This document shows, piece after piece, positions 1 through 9,893 of a stretch of 64,000 bases of DNA. The translations under genes and the position numbers were made by a program. The notes under the pieces were generated by a model. It saw nothing but the letters and a program-made list of their open reading frames with translations. It did not search any database and was not told where the DNA came from. How positions within the stretch are numbered: position 1 is the stretch's first letter; each line of letters starts with the position of its first letter. This DNA is from Clostridiales bacterium (GTDB lineage: Bacteria; Bacillota; Clostridia; TANB77; CAG-508): contig JAHZIB010000002.1 of NCBI GenBank assembly GCA_019419955.1, forward strand, positions 23,825 to 87,824. Direction: 5' to 3'.

Positions 1-1414
1 ACAATTTCAAGCAATGATGCAAGATGCAAAAGCACATAAATTTGAAAGAGTTGTCGTAAAAGATGTAAGTCGTTTTGCAAGAAATACAGTAGATTTATTA
101 CAAAGTATAAGAGAATTAAAATCTTATGGAATACAAGTAGACTTCTTAAATAATGGCGAAGTTATGGAAGGTGGTTCTGAATTTATACTAACTATTTTAG
201 GTGCAATGGCACAACAAGAGAGTGCTAATATGTCTAAAAGAGTTAAATTTGGGAAGGATATTACAGCCAAAAAAGGACGAGTTCCTAATTTAGTATTTGG
301 TTATGATAAGATCCCAGATGAAAAATATATCTTAAAAATAAATGAAGAAGAAGCCAAAATAGTTAAAGAAATATTTGAAAGCTATGTGTATAAAGGAATG
401 GGAACAACAAAAATCGCTTGGGAATTAAATGATAAAGGAATAAGAACTAAAAAAACAAAATCAAAATGGGTACAAACTTCTATTGTAAGAATGCTTAAAA
501 ATCCAATATACACAGGTAGAATCACAAATAAGAAATCCGAAATTACAGACTTTATAACAGGAACAAGAAAAGATTTACCAGAAGATGAATGGATTATAGT
601 AGAAAAGCCAGAAATGAGAATTATATCGGATGAATTATTTAATAGAGCACAAGACATTTTAGCACAGAGGTCAAATGAATTTAAACTAAATAGTAAACGC
701 GAAAAAACAGAATATGTATTTAGTACACTTATATATTGCAAACATTGTGGTTATTCGTTTAGAAGAATAAAAAGAAAATATACGACTGATGGACCAGAAT
801 ATATAAGATGGGTATGTAGCGGAAGAAATTCGATGGGTGTAAACCATTGCCCTAACACAACAGTAATAGATGAAGAAGAACTATTAAATGCAATTAAAGA
901 ATATTTAAAAAGTATAATTTCTAATAAAAAGAATTTTATGAAAGCAGTTGAAAAAGAGTTTGAAAAAATAACAGCATTAAGAGAAAGTAACGAAAGAAGT
1001 GAAGAAAGTTTATTAAAAGAAATAGAAAAAGTAACAGTAAAAAAGCAAAAATATATGGAAATGTTCCAAAATGAAGTAATCAATATACAAGAATTAAAAC
1101 AATATACAAATCCATTAAATGAAGATATTGCAAGACTAGAGCGAGAATTAAAACTAATTACATCAGAAATAAAAGAAAAAGATGTATTAGAAAAAGAACT
1201 AGCAAAAACAATAAGTACAGTTGATGATGTATTAAATAATGAAACAATTACAAATGCAATGTTAAAAACAATAATAGATGTAATAGAAGTTGATAGTGAT
1301 TCGAATGTAGAAGTAAGACTAAAATTATTAAATGAAATTGGAAGTCAACCTACAGTAATTACTAATTTTGAAGATATAAATTCTACCGTTACGAAAAGTA
1401 ACATCGGTACATAA
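1..1414 (+). CDS. Large serine recombinase, N-terminus cut by window edge
   Basis: Frame is open from nt 2. Resolvase-core remnants (VVVKDVSRFARN, ILGAMAQQESANMSKRVKFG), recombinase domain, Cys-rich zinc ribbon (CKHCGYSF...WVCSGR...HCPN) and a long coiled-coil tail. Confidence 0.9.
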   Translation, partial: QFQAMMQDAKAHKFERVVVKDVSRFARNTVDLLQSIRELKSYGIQVDFLNNGEVMEGGSEFILTILGAMAQQESANMSKRVKFGKDITAKKGRVPNLVFGYDKIPDEKYILKINEEEAKIVKEIFESYVYKGMGTTKIAWELNDKGIRTKKTKSKWVQTSIVRMLKNPIYTGRITNKKSEITDFITGTRKDLPEDEWIIVEKPEMRIISDELFNRAQDILAQRSNEFKLNSKREKTEYVFSTLIYCKHCGYSFRRIKRKYTTDGPEYIRWVCSGRNSMGVNHCPNTTVIDEEELLNAIKEYLKSIISNKKNFMKAVEKEFEKITALRESNERSEESLLKEIEKVTVKKQKYMEMFQNEVINIQELKQYTNPLNEDIARLERELKLITSEIKEKDVLEKELAKTISTVDDVLNNETITNAMLKTIIDVIEVDSDSNVEVRLKLLNEIGSQPTVITNFEDINSTVTKSNIGT

Positions 1415-1577
1415 AGATGTAAGCGAAAGATTATTAAAAATAAGCCCTTGCTTGGCTGCAGAAGTCAGAGCTATTTTGGATGAAAACAAAGCAGAGAGAC
1501 ACATAAGAGGTGGATTAGCAACAAAAAGAAAATATAGCCATCATTGTAATGTTCACTCCTCTGATAAAGCTGGATAA
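1398..1577 (+). CDS. spoIIID: spoIIID 3' segment (C-terminal half of the SpoIIID sporulation regulator); split gene, no start codon
   Basis: The frame is open only from 1380 (TAA at 1377-1379) and has no ATG. Translation TSVHKDVSERLLKISPCLAAEVRAILDENKAERHIRGGLATKRKY matches the recalled B. subtilis SpoIIID STVHKDLTERLPEINPDLANEVKEILDYHKSVRHLRGGEATKLKY. Stop at 1575-1577. Confidence 0.75.
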   Translation, partial: VTSVHKDVSERLLKISPCLAAEVRAILDENKAERHIRGGLATKRKYSHHCNVHSSDKAG

Positions 1578-1612
1578 AATAAACTCTTAGGTAAATATAT
1601 TTAAAGATGCGC

Positions 1613-1664
1613 TTTGGGACACTATTTAATGTTCAAAAATCTGAATATAAAATAGTGTCCCAAA
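1613..1664. terminator. Bidirectional hairpin between spoIIID segment and fabI
   Basis: 15-bp stem TTTGGGACACTATTT / AAATAGTGTCCCAAA with an AT-rich loop, between convergent genes. Confidence 0.6.
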
Positions 1665-1672
1665 AGTTCATT

Positions 1673-2443
1673 TTAAATTCCCATAATGTTATATCCATTA
1701 TCAGCATATACCACTTGGCCTGTCACAGCTGATGACAATTGACTAAATAAAAATGTTATTACATTTCCAACTTCTTCTGTTGTAACATTTCTTTTAATTG
1801 GTGCTCTTTCTTCTACTACTTCTAATATGCTTCCAAAATCTTTTATTCCTTTTGCCGATAGTGTTTTAATTGGTCCTGCTGAAACTGCATTAACACGAAT
1901 GTCTTTCTTGCCTAAATTTTCCGCCAAGTACCTAACACTTGCTTCCAATGCTGCTTTTGCTACACCCATCACATTATATCCAGGAAGTACTTTAGTAGAA
2001 CCGTAATATGTTAAAGAAACTAAACTTGCTCCTTGTTCTAACATTTCTAGTTCATCTGCAATTCTCGCTACTGCCACAAAAGAATATGCACTTACATCAT
2101 TTGCATGTGAAAATCCCTCTCTACTTGTTGTAATGAAATCATTTCTCAAATCCTCGGTATTTGCATGAGCTATACTGTGTAAAATCCCATCTATTTTTCC
2201 ATATTCTGCTTTTATTTTCTTAAAACATTCTCTTATTGAGTCATCATTTGATGCATCGCATGTATATGCTTTAGAACCAGGAATTTCTGAAATCAATTCT
2301 TCTATTTTTTCTCTATTTTCCTCTCCCATAAATGTAAATAACACTCTTGCACCATTTTCACTAGCTGCTCTTGCAGCTCCCCAAGCAATACTCCACTTGT
2401 TTCTAATTCCCATAATTAACACTGTTTTATTTTCTAATAACAT
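1673..2443 (-). CDS. fabI: Enoyl-ACP reductase (NADH), FabI type
   Basis: SDR fold; FabI-like Y-x6-K (YNVMGVAKAAL); SAGPIKTLSAKGI motif; last gene of the fab cluster. Confidence 0.9.
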   Translation of the reverse strand: MLLENKTVLIMGIRNKWSIAWGAARAASENGARVLFTFMGEENREKIEELISEIPGSKAYTCDASNDDSIRECFKKIKAEYGKIDGILHSIAHANTEDLRNDFITTSREGFSHANDVSAYSFVAVARIADELEMLEQGASLVSLTYYGSTKVLPGYNVMGVAKAALEASVRYLAENLGKKDIRVNAVSAGPIKTLSAKGIKDFGSILEVVEERAPIKRNVTTEEVGNVITFLFSQLSSAVTGQVVYADNGYNIMGI

Positions 2444-2462
2444 AAATTTTCCTCCTCTTTTT

Positions 2463-3251
2463 TTACATATTTCTAAACTTAAGGTATCTATTTTCTACTA
2501 ATTCTTCTACCTTAAGTTGTTTTAACTCTTTTGTTAAAGCAACTACCCTCTTTTTTATTGTAGCCGACATCTTTTCTATATCAGTTTTAGCATTTCCATT
2601 AGGTTCTTTCAGTATCTCGTCTATAATACCCATATCCAATAAATCTTTAGCAGTTAATCTCATCTTCTCCACTGCCTCATCTGCTTTTGAACTATCTTTC
2701 CATAAAATACTTGCATATCCCTCTGGAGAAAGGATTGAATATATTGCATTTTCCATCATTAAAACTCTGTCACCAACTCCAATTGCTAATGCTCCTCCAC
2801 TTGAACCTTCTGCTATAACTATTGTTATTATTGGAACTTTTAAGTCAGACATTTTCATTAAACTCCTTGCTATTGCCTCTCCTTGTCCTCTTTCTTCTGC
2901 TCCAATACCCGGGTAAGCTCCTTTTGTATCAATAAAAGTAATAACTGGTCTATTAAATTTCTCTGCCTGCTCCATAAATCTTAATGCTTTTCTATATGCT
3001 TCTGGATTTGGCATTCCGAAATTTCTTTCAATATTTTCTTTAGTTGACCTACCTTTTTGCTCAGCAATTATTGTATAATTTTGTTCTCCTATATTCCCCA
3101 AACCGCATACCATAGCTTTATCATCCCTAAAGTATCTATCTCCATGTAGTTCAATAAATTCATCAAAAATGTAACTAATATAATCTAGCGCCGTCGGTCT
3201 ATCTGGCTCCCTTGCTATTTTCACTCTGTCCCATGCAGAAATTTTTGCCAA
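2463..3251 (-). CDS. accA: Acetyl-CoA carboxylase carboxyltransferase alpha subunit
   Basis: Typical AccA sequence (RPTALDYI..., FIDTKGAYPGIGAEERGQGEAIA), adjacent to accD. Confidence 0.93.
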   Translation of the reverse strand: MAKISAWDRVKIAREPDRPTALDYISYIFDEFIELHGDRYFRDDKAMVCGLGNIGEQNYTIIAEQKGRSTKENIERNFGMPNPEAYRKALRFMEQAEKFNRPVITFIDTKGAYPGIGAEERGQGEAIARSLMKMSDLKVPIITIVIAEGSSGGALAIGVGDRVLMMENAIYSILSPEGYASILWKDSSKADEAVEKMRLTAKDLLDMGIIDEILKEPNGNAKTDIEKMSATIKKRVVALTKELKQLKVEELVENRYLKFRNM

Positions 3252-3272
3252 CTTTTCTCACCACCTATCTGA

Positions 3273-4118
3273 TTATTTATTAAGCAATATTAATTTGTGC
3301 AAAGTTTCTTTCATATTTTTTCTGTTTACCACTTTATCAACAAAGCCATGCTCTAATAAGAATTCAGCTGTTTGAAATCCTTCTGGTAAATCCTGTCCTA
3401 TAGTTTGCTTTATTACCCTAGGTCCTGTAAATCCTATCATTGCATTTGGTTCAGCCAAGATTATATCTCCCAAACTTGCAAAGCTTGCAGTAACTCCTCC
3501 ATATGTAGGGTCTGTCAAAACAGAAATAAATAACAATTCAGCTTTATTCAATTTTTCAATAACTGCTGATGTTTTAGCCATTTGCATAAGGGATACTATT
3601 CCTTCTTGCATTCTTGCTCCACCTGATGCAGAAAAAATTATTACAGGCAATTTGAATTCTATAGCTTTTTCCACCGAATATGCAATTTTTTCTCCAACGA
3701 CTTTTCCCATGCTGCCCATTAAAAAGTTGCTATCCATCACACAAATTACAACTTTTTCAGAATAAATTTTACCTGTTCCACATTTTACAGCCTCATCTAA
3801 CCCTGTCTTTTCCCTTAATGCATGCAATTTTTTTATATAATCTTCCATATGAAGTGGGTTATCTGTCTCAATATCTAACTTAAACTCCTCAAATGTTCCA
3901 TCATCTATAATTTGCTCTATTCTCCTCCTACTAGATAACCTAAAATGAGCTCCACAGTTTGGGCATATACTGTAATTTTTGTGTAAATCTTCCTTATACA
4001 AAATTTCTTTACACTTTTCACATTTAACCCATTTCCCAACAGGAATATCACTTCTGTGTTCTTTTTCTATTTTATCATCATTAAATTCTATTCTCTTCTT
4101 TATCTTATCAATAACCAT
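3273..4118 (-). CDS. accD: Acetyl-CoA carboxylase carboxyltransferase beta subunit
   Basis: N-terminal zinc ribbon CEKC...CPNCGAHFRL followed by a carboxyltransferase domain. Confidence 0.93.
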   Translation of the reverse strand: MVIDKIKKRIEFNDDKIEKEHRSDIPVGKWVKCEKCKEILYKEDLHKNYSICPNCGAHFRLSSRRRIEQIIDDGTFEEFKLDIETDNPLHMEDYIKKLHALREKTGLDEAVKCGTGKIYSEKVVICVMDSNFLMGSMGKVVGEKIAYSVEKAIEFKLPVIIFSASGGARMQEGIVSLMQMAKTSAVIEKLNKAELLFISVLTDPTYGGVTASFASLGDIILAEPNAMIGFTGPRVIKQTIGQDLPEGFQTAEFLLEHGFVDKVVNRKNMKETLHKLILLNK

Positions 4119-4212
4119 TTTTTTGAACCTTTCCCTATAAAACTTAAATAATTCATTTTTTATCTAGCTATAACTTTTAATCGAAACACATCAATACTCT
4201 TCAATATTATAG

Positions 4213-5550
4213 CTACATAAATTTCTCAATAAATGATGTGTCATAATCATTATTTACAAAATGATCATTTGATAATATTTTGAATAAAAAATCTATATTG
4301 GTATCTATTCCTTCTATAACACATTCTTCTAAGGCTCTTTTCATTTTTGCGATTGCAGAAGTTCTATTTTCCGCATGTACTATTATTTTAGCTATCATTG
4401 AATCATACACAGGCGGTATTGTATATCCTGTATATACTGCTGTATCTATTCTTACTCCATTTCCACCTGGTAAATTTAGCTCAGTTATCTTCCCAGGACA
4501 TGGTCTAAAATTTTTATCTGGATTTTCTGCATTTATTCTACATTCTATTGCATGACCATTAAAATTAATATCTTTTTGTGTAAATTCTAATGACTCACCT
4601 GAAGCAATTTTTATTTGTTCCTTTACAATATCTACCCCTGTAACCATTTCTGTAACAGGATGTTCAACTTGTATTCTAGTATTCATTTCCATAAAATAAA
4701 AGTTTTTATTTTTATCAACCAAAAATTCTATAGTACCTGCATTTGTGTATCCAGATGCTTTAACTGCTCTAATTGCTGCCTTTCCCATCTTTGCTCTCAA
4801 TTCATCATTAAGAACCATTGACGGAGTTTCTTCTAATATTTTTTGATTTCTTCTTTGTACAGAACAATCCCTTTCCCCTAAATGCACTATGTTTCCATGT
4901 TCATCTGCTAGAATTTGCATTTCTACATGTCGTGGATTAACAATATATTTTTCTATATATATTGAATCATCATTAAAAGAAACTTTTGCCTCTTGCCTAA
5001 CTAAATTAAAAGCATTTTCCATTTCCGATTCAAATTCGACTTTTCTAATTCCTTTTCCTCCACCACCAGCAGAAGCTTTTAATAATACTGGATAACCAAT
5101 TTCTCTTGCACATTTTATAGCCTCTTTGACATTTTCAACACACCCTTCAGAGCCCGGCACGACTGGAACTTTTGCATTTTTCATTAATTCTTTACTATTA
5201 GATTTATTTCCCATCAAGTCAATTACTCTATATGATGGTCCAATAAATTTTAATTTGCTTTCTTCACACATTTTAGCAAAACTTGCATTTTCTGATAAAA
5301 AACCAAAGCCAGGGTGAATACTATCACAATTTGTCGTACAAGCTGCTTCTAAAATATTTTGAATATTCAAATAACTTTTGGCTGAAGGTGCTGGTCCAAC
5401 GCAAATTGCTTCATCAGCAAGTTTTGTATGAAGTGCATCCTTGTCAGCTTCTGAGTAAATTGCAACTGTTTGTATATTTAATTCTTTACATGCACGAATT
5501 ATCCTTACAGCAATTTCTCCTCTGTTTGCAATTAATATTTTTTTTAACAT
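4213..5550 (-). CDS. accC: Biotin carboxylase
   Basis: ILIANRGEIAVRIIRAC, ATP-grasp GGGGKGIR, EMNTRIQVEHPVTE. Confidence 0.95.
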   Translation of the reverse strand: MLKKILIANRGEIAVRIIRACKELNIQTVAIYSEADKDALHTKLADEAICVGPAPSAKSYLNIQNILEAACTTNCDSIHPGFGFLSENASFAKMCEESKLKFIGPSYRVIDLMGNKSNSKELMKNAKVPVVPGSEGCVENVKEAIKCAREIGYPVLLKASAGGGGKGIRKVEFESEMENAFNLVRQEAKVSFNDDSIYIEKYIVNPRHVEMQILADEHGNIVHLGERDCSVQRRNQKILEETPSMVLNDELRAKMGKAAIRAVKASGYTNAGTIEFLVDKNKNFYFMEMNTRIQVEHPVTEMVTGVDIVKEQIKIASGESLEFTQKDINFNGHAIECRINAENPDKNFRPCPGKITELNLPGGNGVRIDTAVYTGYTIPPVYDSMIAKIIVHAENRTSAIAKMKRALEECVIEGIDTNIDFLFKILSNDHFVNNDYDTSFIEKFM

Positions 5551-5561
5551 TTTATTTCTCC

Positions 5562-5984
5562 TTATACAATAGCAAATGTAAGCTCACCTTTTACTGCTAC
5601 TTTTCCATCTACTGTAGCAATTGCTTCTCCTACACCTATAGGTCCCTTTTGCTTAATTATTTTCACCTCTAGTTTCAATACATCTCCTGGTAATACTTGC
5701 TTTTTAAAGCGTAACTTGTCAATTCCCCCAAACAAAGCATTTTTTCCCTTGTTTTCTTCTTTTGAAAGAATTGCAACAGCTCCTGTTTGTGCTAGAGCTT
5801 CTACTATTAGAACTCCAGGCATAATTGGGTTACCTGGGAAGTGTCCTTCAAAATGAGGTTCATTTATACATACATTTTTATATGCTGTGCAACTTTCACC
5901 TGGTACATACTCCTCAACCATATCAATCATCAAAAATGGTGCCCTTTGAGGGATTATTTTCATTATTTGTTTAATATCTAACAT
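5562..5984 (-). CDS. fabZ: 3-hydroxyacyl-ACP dehydratase
   Basis: [22 protein letters not shown] hotdog-fold motif. Confidence 0.95.
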   Translation of the reverse strand: MLDIKQIMKIIPQRAPFLMIDMVEEYVPGESCTAYKNVCINEPHFEGHFPGNPIMPGVLIVEALAQTGAVAILSKEENKGKNALFGGIDKLRFKKQVLPGDVLKLEVKIIKQKGPIGVGEAIATVDGKVAVKGELTFAIV

Positions 5985-6074
5985 AAGTTTTCTCCTTTTT
6001 TCTTATTCTTCTTTGTGTTTTTATATATATAGTTGTAATATTTCTGCAAATAGTATGCATCCTTTGTAAAATTC

Positions 6075-6231
6075 AAAAGAAACGAGTAGCTTTACTTTTT
6101 CTTTCTAGACGAAGCAAAAATGGTATATTACTAGGAAAACAAATAAAAATTTTTGAGATAGTACGTGTTGTACATCGAAAAAATTTTTATGAAGTTTGAC
6201 AACGTAAGATGCCATTTTTCATTCGTCTTAG
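6075..6231 (+). repeat. Structured intergenic repeat, copy R1 (between accB and fabZ)
   Basis: Outer stem CTAGACGAAGCAAAAATGG (6105-6123) / CCATTTTTCATTCGTCTTAG (6212-6231). Head TTACTAGGAAAA; core GAGATAGTACGTGTTGTACATCGAAA; tail GACAACGTAAGATGCC. The right end overlaps the accB stop codon. Confidence 0.8.
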
Positions 6232-6686
6232 CGAAGTTTGAATAATGGTCTACCAAAATCCACCATCTCCCCATCTCTAACACAAACTTCTACTACTTCT
6301 CCATCAAATTCCGATTCAATCTCATTCATTAACTTCATAGCTTCAACAATACAAAGAATATCACCTTTCTTCACTTTATTTCCTACTTCTACATATGGTT
6401 TTGCATCTGGTGAGCTCTTTGAATAAAATGTACCAACCATTGGAGCTTTTACTACTTTATAACATGGTTCCTCTTGTTTTTCTTCCTTTTGTTGTACTTC
6501 TACTCTATCTGCTGAAGTAACATATTGTACATTCTCTTGCACTTGAGTTGGTATTGTAGAAATACTATTCTTTTTCATTTTTATTTTTGTTCCATCTGGA
6601 AATTCAATACTCAATTCATCAATCTTAGATTCTTGCATATCAGAAATTATTTGTTTAATTTCTTCATATTTCATATTTACTCTCAT
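6228..6686 (-). CDS. accB: Biotin carboxyl carrier protein
   Basis: Biotinyl-lysine motif EAMKLMNEI in a C-terminal lipoyl-like domain. Confidence 0.95.
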   Translation of the reverse strand: MRVNMKYEEIKQIISDMQESKIDELSIEFPDGTKIKMKKNSISTIPTQVQENVQYVTSADRVEVQQKEEKQEEPCYKVVKAPMVGTFYSKSSPDAKPYVEVGNKVKKGDILCIVEAMKLMNEIESEFDGEVVEVCVRDGEMVDFGRPLFKLR

Positions 6687-6730
6687 TCCTTTCTAAAGTA
6701 ATTATTTATTTAATTTTAGACTTAAATACT

Positions 6731-7966
6731 TTACTCATATTTTTTTATTAAAATACTAGCATTATGTCCTCCAAATCCTAACGAATTTGACATAGCAAAT
6801 TTCACATCTATATTTCTGCCTTGATTTGGTACAATGTCTAAATCGCATTCTTCGTCTGGTACTTTATAATTTATTGTAGCAGGCACAAAACCATCTTTAA
6901 CTGATTTAGCACAAACCACTGTTTCAATTCCACCTGCCGCTCCCAATAAATGTCCTGTATTGCTTTTAGTAGAACTTACCATGACTTTCTTGCTTGCTTC
7001 TCCAAGTGCTGTTTTTATTGCAGATGTTTCAAAAGAATCATTTAAATGTGTAGATGTTCCATGAGCATTTATATATGTTATCTCTTCTGGCTTTACATCT
7101 GCTTCTTGCATTGCAAGTTTCATAGCTCTTGCTCCACCTTCTCCTCCTGGAGCTGGCGAAGTTATATGGTATGCATCAGAAGTAGCACCATAGCCAACCA
7201 CTTCAGCATAAATTTTTGCTCCTCTTCTTTTAGCATGTTCTAATTCTTCTAAAACAACAATTCCTGCACCTTCTCCCAAAACAAAACCGCTTCTTTCCTT
7301 ATCAAATGGAATGCTTGCCCTATTTTTATCTGTTGCTTGAGAAAGTGCTTTTATATTAGTAAATCCAGCTACTCCTATTTGTGTTACTGCCGCCTCTGTT
7401 CCTCCTGCTAAAACAACATCTTGATAACCATGTTTTATCATTCTAAAACTCTCTCCAACACAATGTGTACCTGAAGCACATGCAGTAACCATAGAAATAG
7501 ACTCTCCTTTTATGCCTAAATCTATAGCAATATTACCTGATGCCATATTTCCTATAGTCATAGGAATAAACATTGGTGAAACTCTATCTGGCCCTTTTTG
7601 AACTAAGCTACTTATTTCTCTTTCCATTGTTTCCAATCCGCCTATTCCAGTGCCTACAATAACCCCAATTCTCTCCATATCTTCTGTATCTTTATTCAAT
7701 TCACTATCCTTCCAAGCTGCTCTAGCTGCTACTATAGCATATTGAGAAAATAAATCCATCCTTTTTGCACTTCTTTTATCAAAATGCTCCTCAGCATTAT
7801 ATCCTTTTACTTCTGCAGCAAGCTTCACTTTAAAATCTGTTGTATCAAAATGTGTAATTAAATCAATTCCACACTTTCCATTTTTTATTCCTTCCCAAAA
7901 CTCGTCAACATTATTTCCTATTGGAGTAATAGCTCCAAGTCCAGTAATAACTACTCTTCTTTCCAT
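6731..7966 (-). CDS. fabF: 3-oxoacyl-ACP synthase II
   Basis: Active-site ACASGTH, HGTSTHLND and GHLLGAAG motifs. Confidence 0.95.
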   Translation of the reverse strand: MERRVVITGLGAITPIGNNVDEFWEGIKNGKCGIDLITHFDTTDFKVKLAAEVKGYNAEEHFDKRSAKRMDLFSQYAIVAARAAWKDSELNKDTEDMERIGVIVGTGIGGLETMEREISSLVQKGPDRVSPMFIPMTIGNMASGNIAIDLGIKGESISMVTACASGTHCVGESFRMIKHGYQDVVLAGGTEAAVTQIGVAGFTNIKALSQATDKNRASIPFDKERSGFVLGEGAGIVVLEELEHAKRRGAKIYAEVVGYGATSDAYHITSPAPGGEGGARAMKLAMQEADVKPEEITYINAHGTSTHLNDSFETSAIKTALGEASKKVMVSSTKSNTGHLLGAAGGIETVVCAKSVKDGFVPATINYKVPDEECDLDIVPNQGRNIDVKFAMSNSLGFGGHNASILIKKYE

Positions 7967-8000
7967 TTGTGATTTCCTTTCTATTAAATTTTTTATAAAA

Positions 8001-8097
8001 CTAAATTGCTAGGCAAAATTTAGTAAAAAACCGGAAACATACTTGGTGTATGTCGAGAATTTTTTATCTAAATTTTAACAACGCAAGATGCAGTTTG
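8001..8097 (+). repeat. Structured intergenic repeat, copy R2 (between fabG and fabF)
   Basis: Head TTGCTAGGCAAAA; arms TTTAGTAAAAAA / TTTTTTATCTAAA; core CCGGAAACATACTTGGTGTATGTCGAGAA; tail TAACAACGCAAGATGC. Confidence 0.8.
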
Positions 8098-8111
8098 TTC
8101 TTAATTTTAAA

Positions 8112-8852
8112 TTACATTACCATACCACCATCAACATTAATAACTTGCCCTGTAACATATGAACTATCTTCTGATGATAAAAACTTTACTATCCTTGCAA
8201 CCTCTCTTGGTGTTCCCATTCTTTTTAGTGGAATCTGTGCATTTATTCCTTCTTTTACTACATCTGATAAAACATTTGTCATATCTGTGTCGATAAATCC
8301 AGGTGCAATAGCATTTACTAAAATATTTCTACTTGCAACTTCTTTCGCTAAACTTTTTGTAAAGCCAATTATTCCTGCTTTAGATGCAGAATAATTTGTT
8401 TGTCCTGCATTCCCCACAATACCAACAACTGAAGAAAGATTAATTATCCTACCAGACTTTTGTTTTAACATATATGGAATTACATTTCTTGTTACATTAA
8501 ATGTTCCTGTCAAATTCACATCCAATACAGCCTCAAAGTCTTCTTTTTTCATTCTCATTATAAGACCATCCTTTGTAATTCCAGCATTATTAATAAGTAT
8601 ATCTATCTTGCCAAACTTTTCTATTGTTTCTTTTACCATACTTTCGCATTCTTCAAAATTTGCTACATCCGCCTTCACAAATTCACAACGTACACCATTC
8701 TTTTCAATTTCCTTTTTTAAATCATCCATTCCATTATGCTCACTTCTGTAATTTACAGCAATATCAAAACCATTCTCAGCAAGTTCTAATGCAATTTCCT
8801 TTCCTATTCCTCTCGTTGCACCTGTTATTAGTGCCACTCTATTTTCATTCAT
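8112..8852 (-). CDS. fabG: 3-oxoacyl-ACP reductase
   Basis: SDR with TGATRGIG, NNAG and YSASKAG motifs. Confidence 0.95.
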   Translation of the reverse strand: MNENRVALITGATRGIGKEIALELAENGFDIAVNYRSEHNGMDDLKKEIEKNGVRCEFVKADVANFEECESMVKETIEKFGKIDILINNAGITKDGLIMRMKKEDFEAVLDVNLTGTFNVTRNVIPYMLKQKSGRIINLSSVVGIVGNAGQTNYSASKAGIIGFTKSLAKEVASRNILVNAIAPGFIDTDMTNVLSDVVKEGINAQIPLKRMGTPREVARIVKFLSSEDSSYVTGQVINVDGGMVM

Positions 8853-8940
8853 TTTTACTTTCCTTCCTTTCTTAGGGACAAATTTGTTTAAAAACTATTT
8901 AACCCTATTCTCCTTATATACTATTTTTTTGGCAGCATTT

Positions 8941-9879
8941 TTATTTTAAAACAGCCATAGCCTTCTCCAATGACTCGACACTCTCTATATTCAAAATGTT
9001 TGTATCTCTCCATCTTTCTTTACAAACCTTTTTTACAAAACCTGATAGAGTTTTGCCAGGTCCAATCTCTACAAAAGTATCAACTCCCATTTCCAGCATA
9101 GTTTCTATGCTTTTTCTAAACTTTACAGGATTTACAACATGGTTTGCCAATATTTCCACCATATTATCTCCTTTTTTATACATAAGTCCATCTAAATTTT
9201 TTATAACTTTTATCTGGCTATCAAAAAACTCAATTTTGTCTAATTCCTTTTCTAATTCCTCTGCTGCTTTTTTAAGTTTTTCTGTATGAAATGGTCCACT
9301 GGTTTTTAGTTCCACCACCTTTTTTGCACCAGACTCCTTCGCAAGTTCCATTGCTCTTTGTACAGCATTTTTTTCTCCTGAAATCACTACTTGCCCAGGG
9401 CAGTTATAATTCACAGCTCTTACAAAACCTTCTTTAACCTGTCTACAAACATTTTCAACCTGTTCATCTTCCAAACCAATAATTGCAGACATTAGCCAAT
9501 CTCCTACTGGAGCTAATTCTTGCATTAGTCTTCCTCTAGTTCTAACTATTCTTGCTCCATCTTCTAATCTAAGAACTCCTGCACATGTCAAAGCCGTATA
9601 TTCTCCCAAACTCAATCCTGCTGATGCAATAGGCTTAACTCCCTGCTTATTCAAAACTTCTAAAATTGCCATACTCATAGCATATATTGCAATTTGCGTA
9701 TTCTTTGTCTCATTTAACACATCTTGTGAAGAATTATACGTCAGTTCTTCCACATTTTCACCTAATGTAATATCAATTTTCTTATAAACATCTCTAGCTT
9801 CTTCATACTCTTCATAAATATCCTTCCCCATTCCAACAGTCTGAGTCCCCTGCCCTGGGAATATGTATCCTATCTTCAT
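8941..9879 (-). CDS. fabD: Malonyl-CoA:ACP transacylase
   Basis: GQGTQ and active-site GLSLGEYTAL motifs. Confidence 0.95.
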   Translation of the reverse strand: MKIGYIFPGQGTQTVGMGKDIYEEYEEARDVYKKIDITLGENVEELTYNSSQDVLNETKNTQIAIYAMSMAILEVLNKQGVKPIASAGLSLGEYTALTCAGVLRLEDGARIVRTRGRLMQELAPVGDWLMSAIIGLEDEQVENVCRQVKEGFVRAVNYNCPGQVVISGEKNAVQRAMELAKESGAKKVVELKTSGPFHTEKLKKAAEELEKELDKIEFFDSQIKVIKNLDGLMYKKGDNMVEILANHVVNPVKFRKSIETMLEMGVDTFVEIGPGKTLSGFVKKVCKERWRDTNILNIESVESLEKAMAVLK

Positions 9880-9893
9880 ATTTTTTCTCCTTG

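Noticed and set aside
382-1083. Minus-strand ORFs 382-741 and 751-1083 inside the recombinase gene
   Set aside because: Their translations are low-complexity and Ser/Phe/Leu/Ile-rich, typical of the antisense frame of AT-rich coding DNA. They overlap a well-supported gene completely. The same reasoning rejects the other antisense track ORFs, including 4280-4555, 11918-12463, 12847-13374, 16128-16622, 26960-27346 and 28001-28348. It also rejects 34806-35183, 43676-44050, 47699-48031, 49066-49437, 54182-54532 and 63593-63886.
7967-8111. Missing acpP between fabG and fabF
   Set aside because: The gap is fully explained by repeat R2. Clostridial fab clusters commonly keep acpP elsewhere (near plsX), so its absence is not anomalous.
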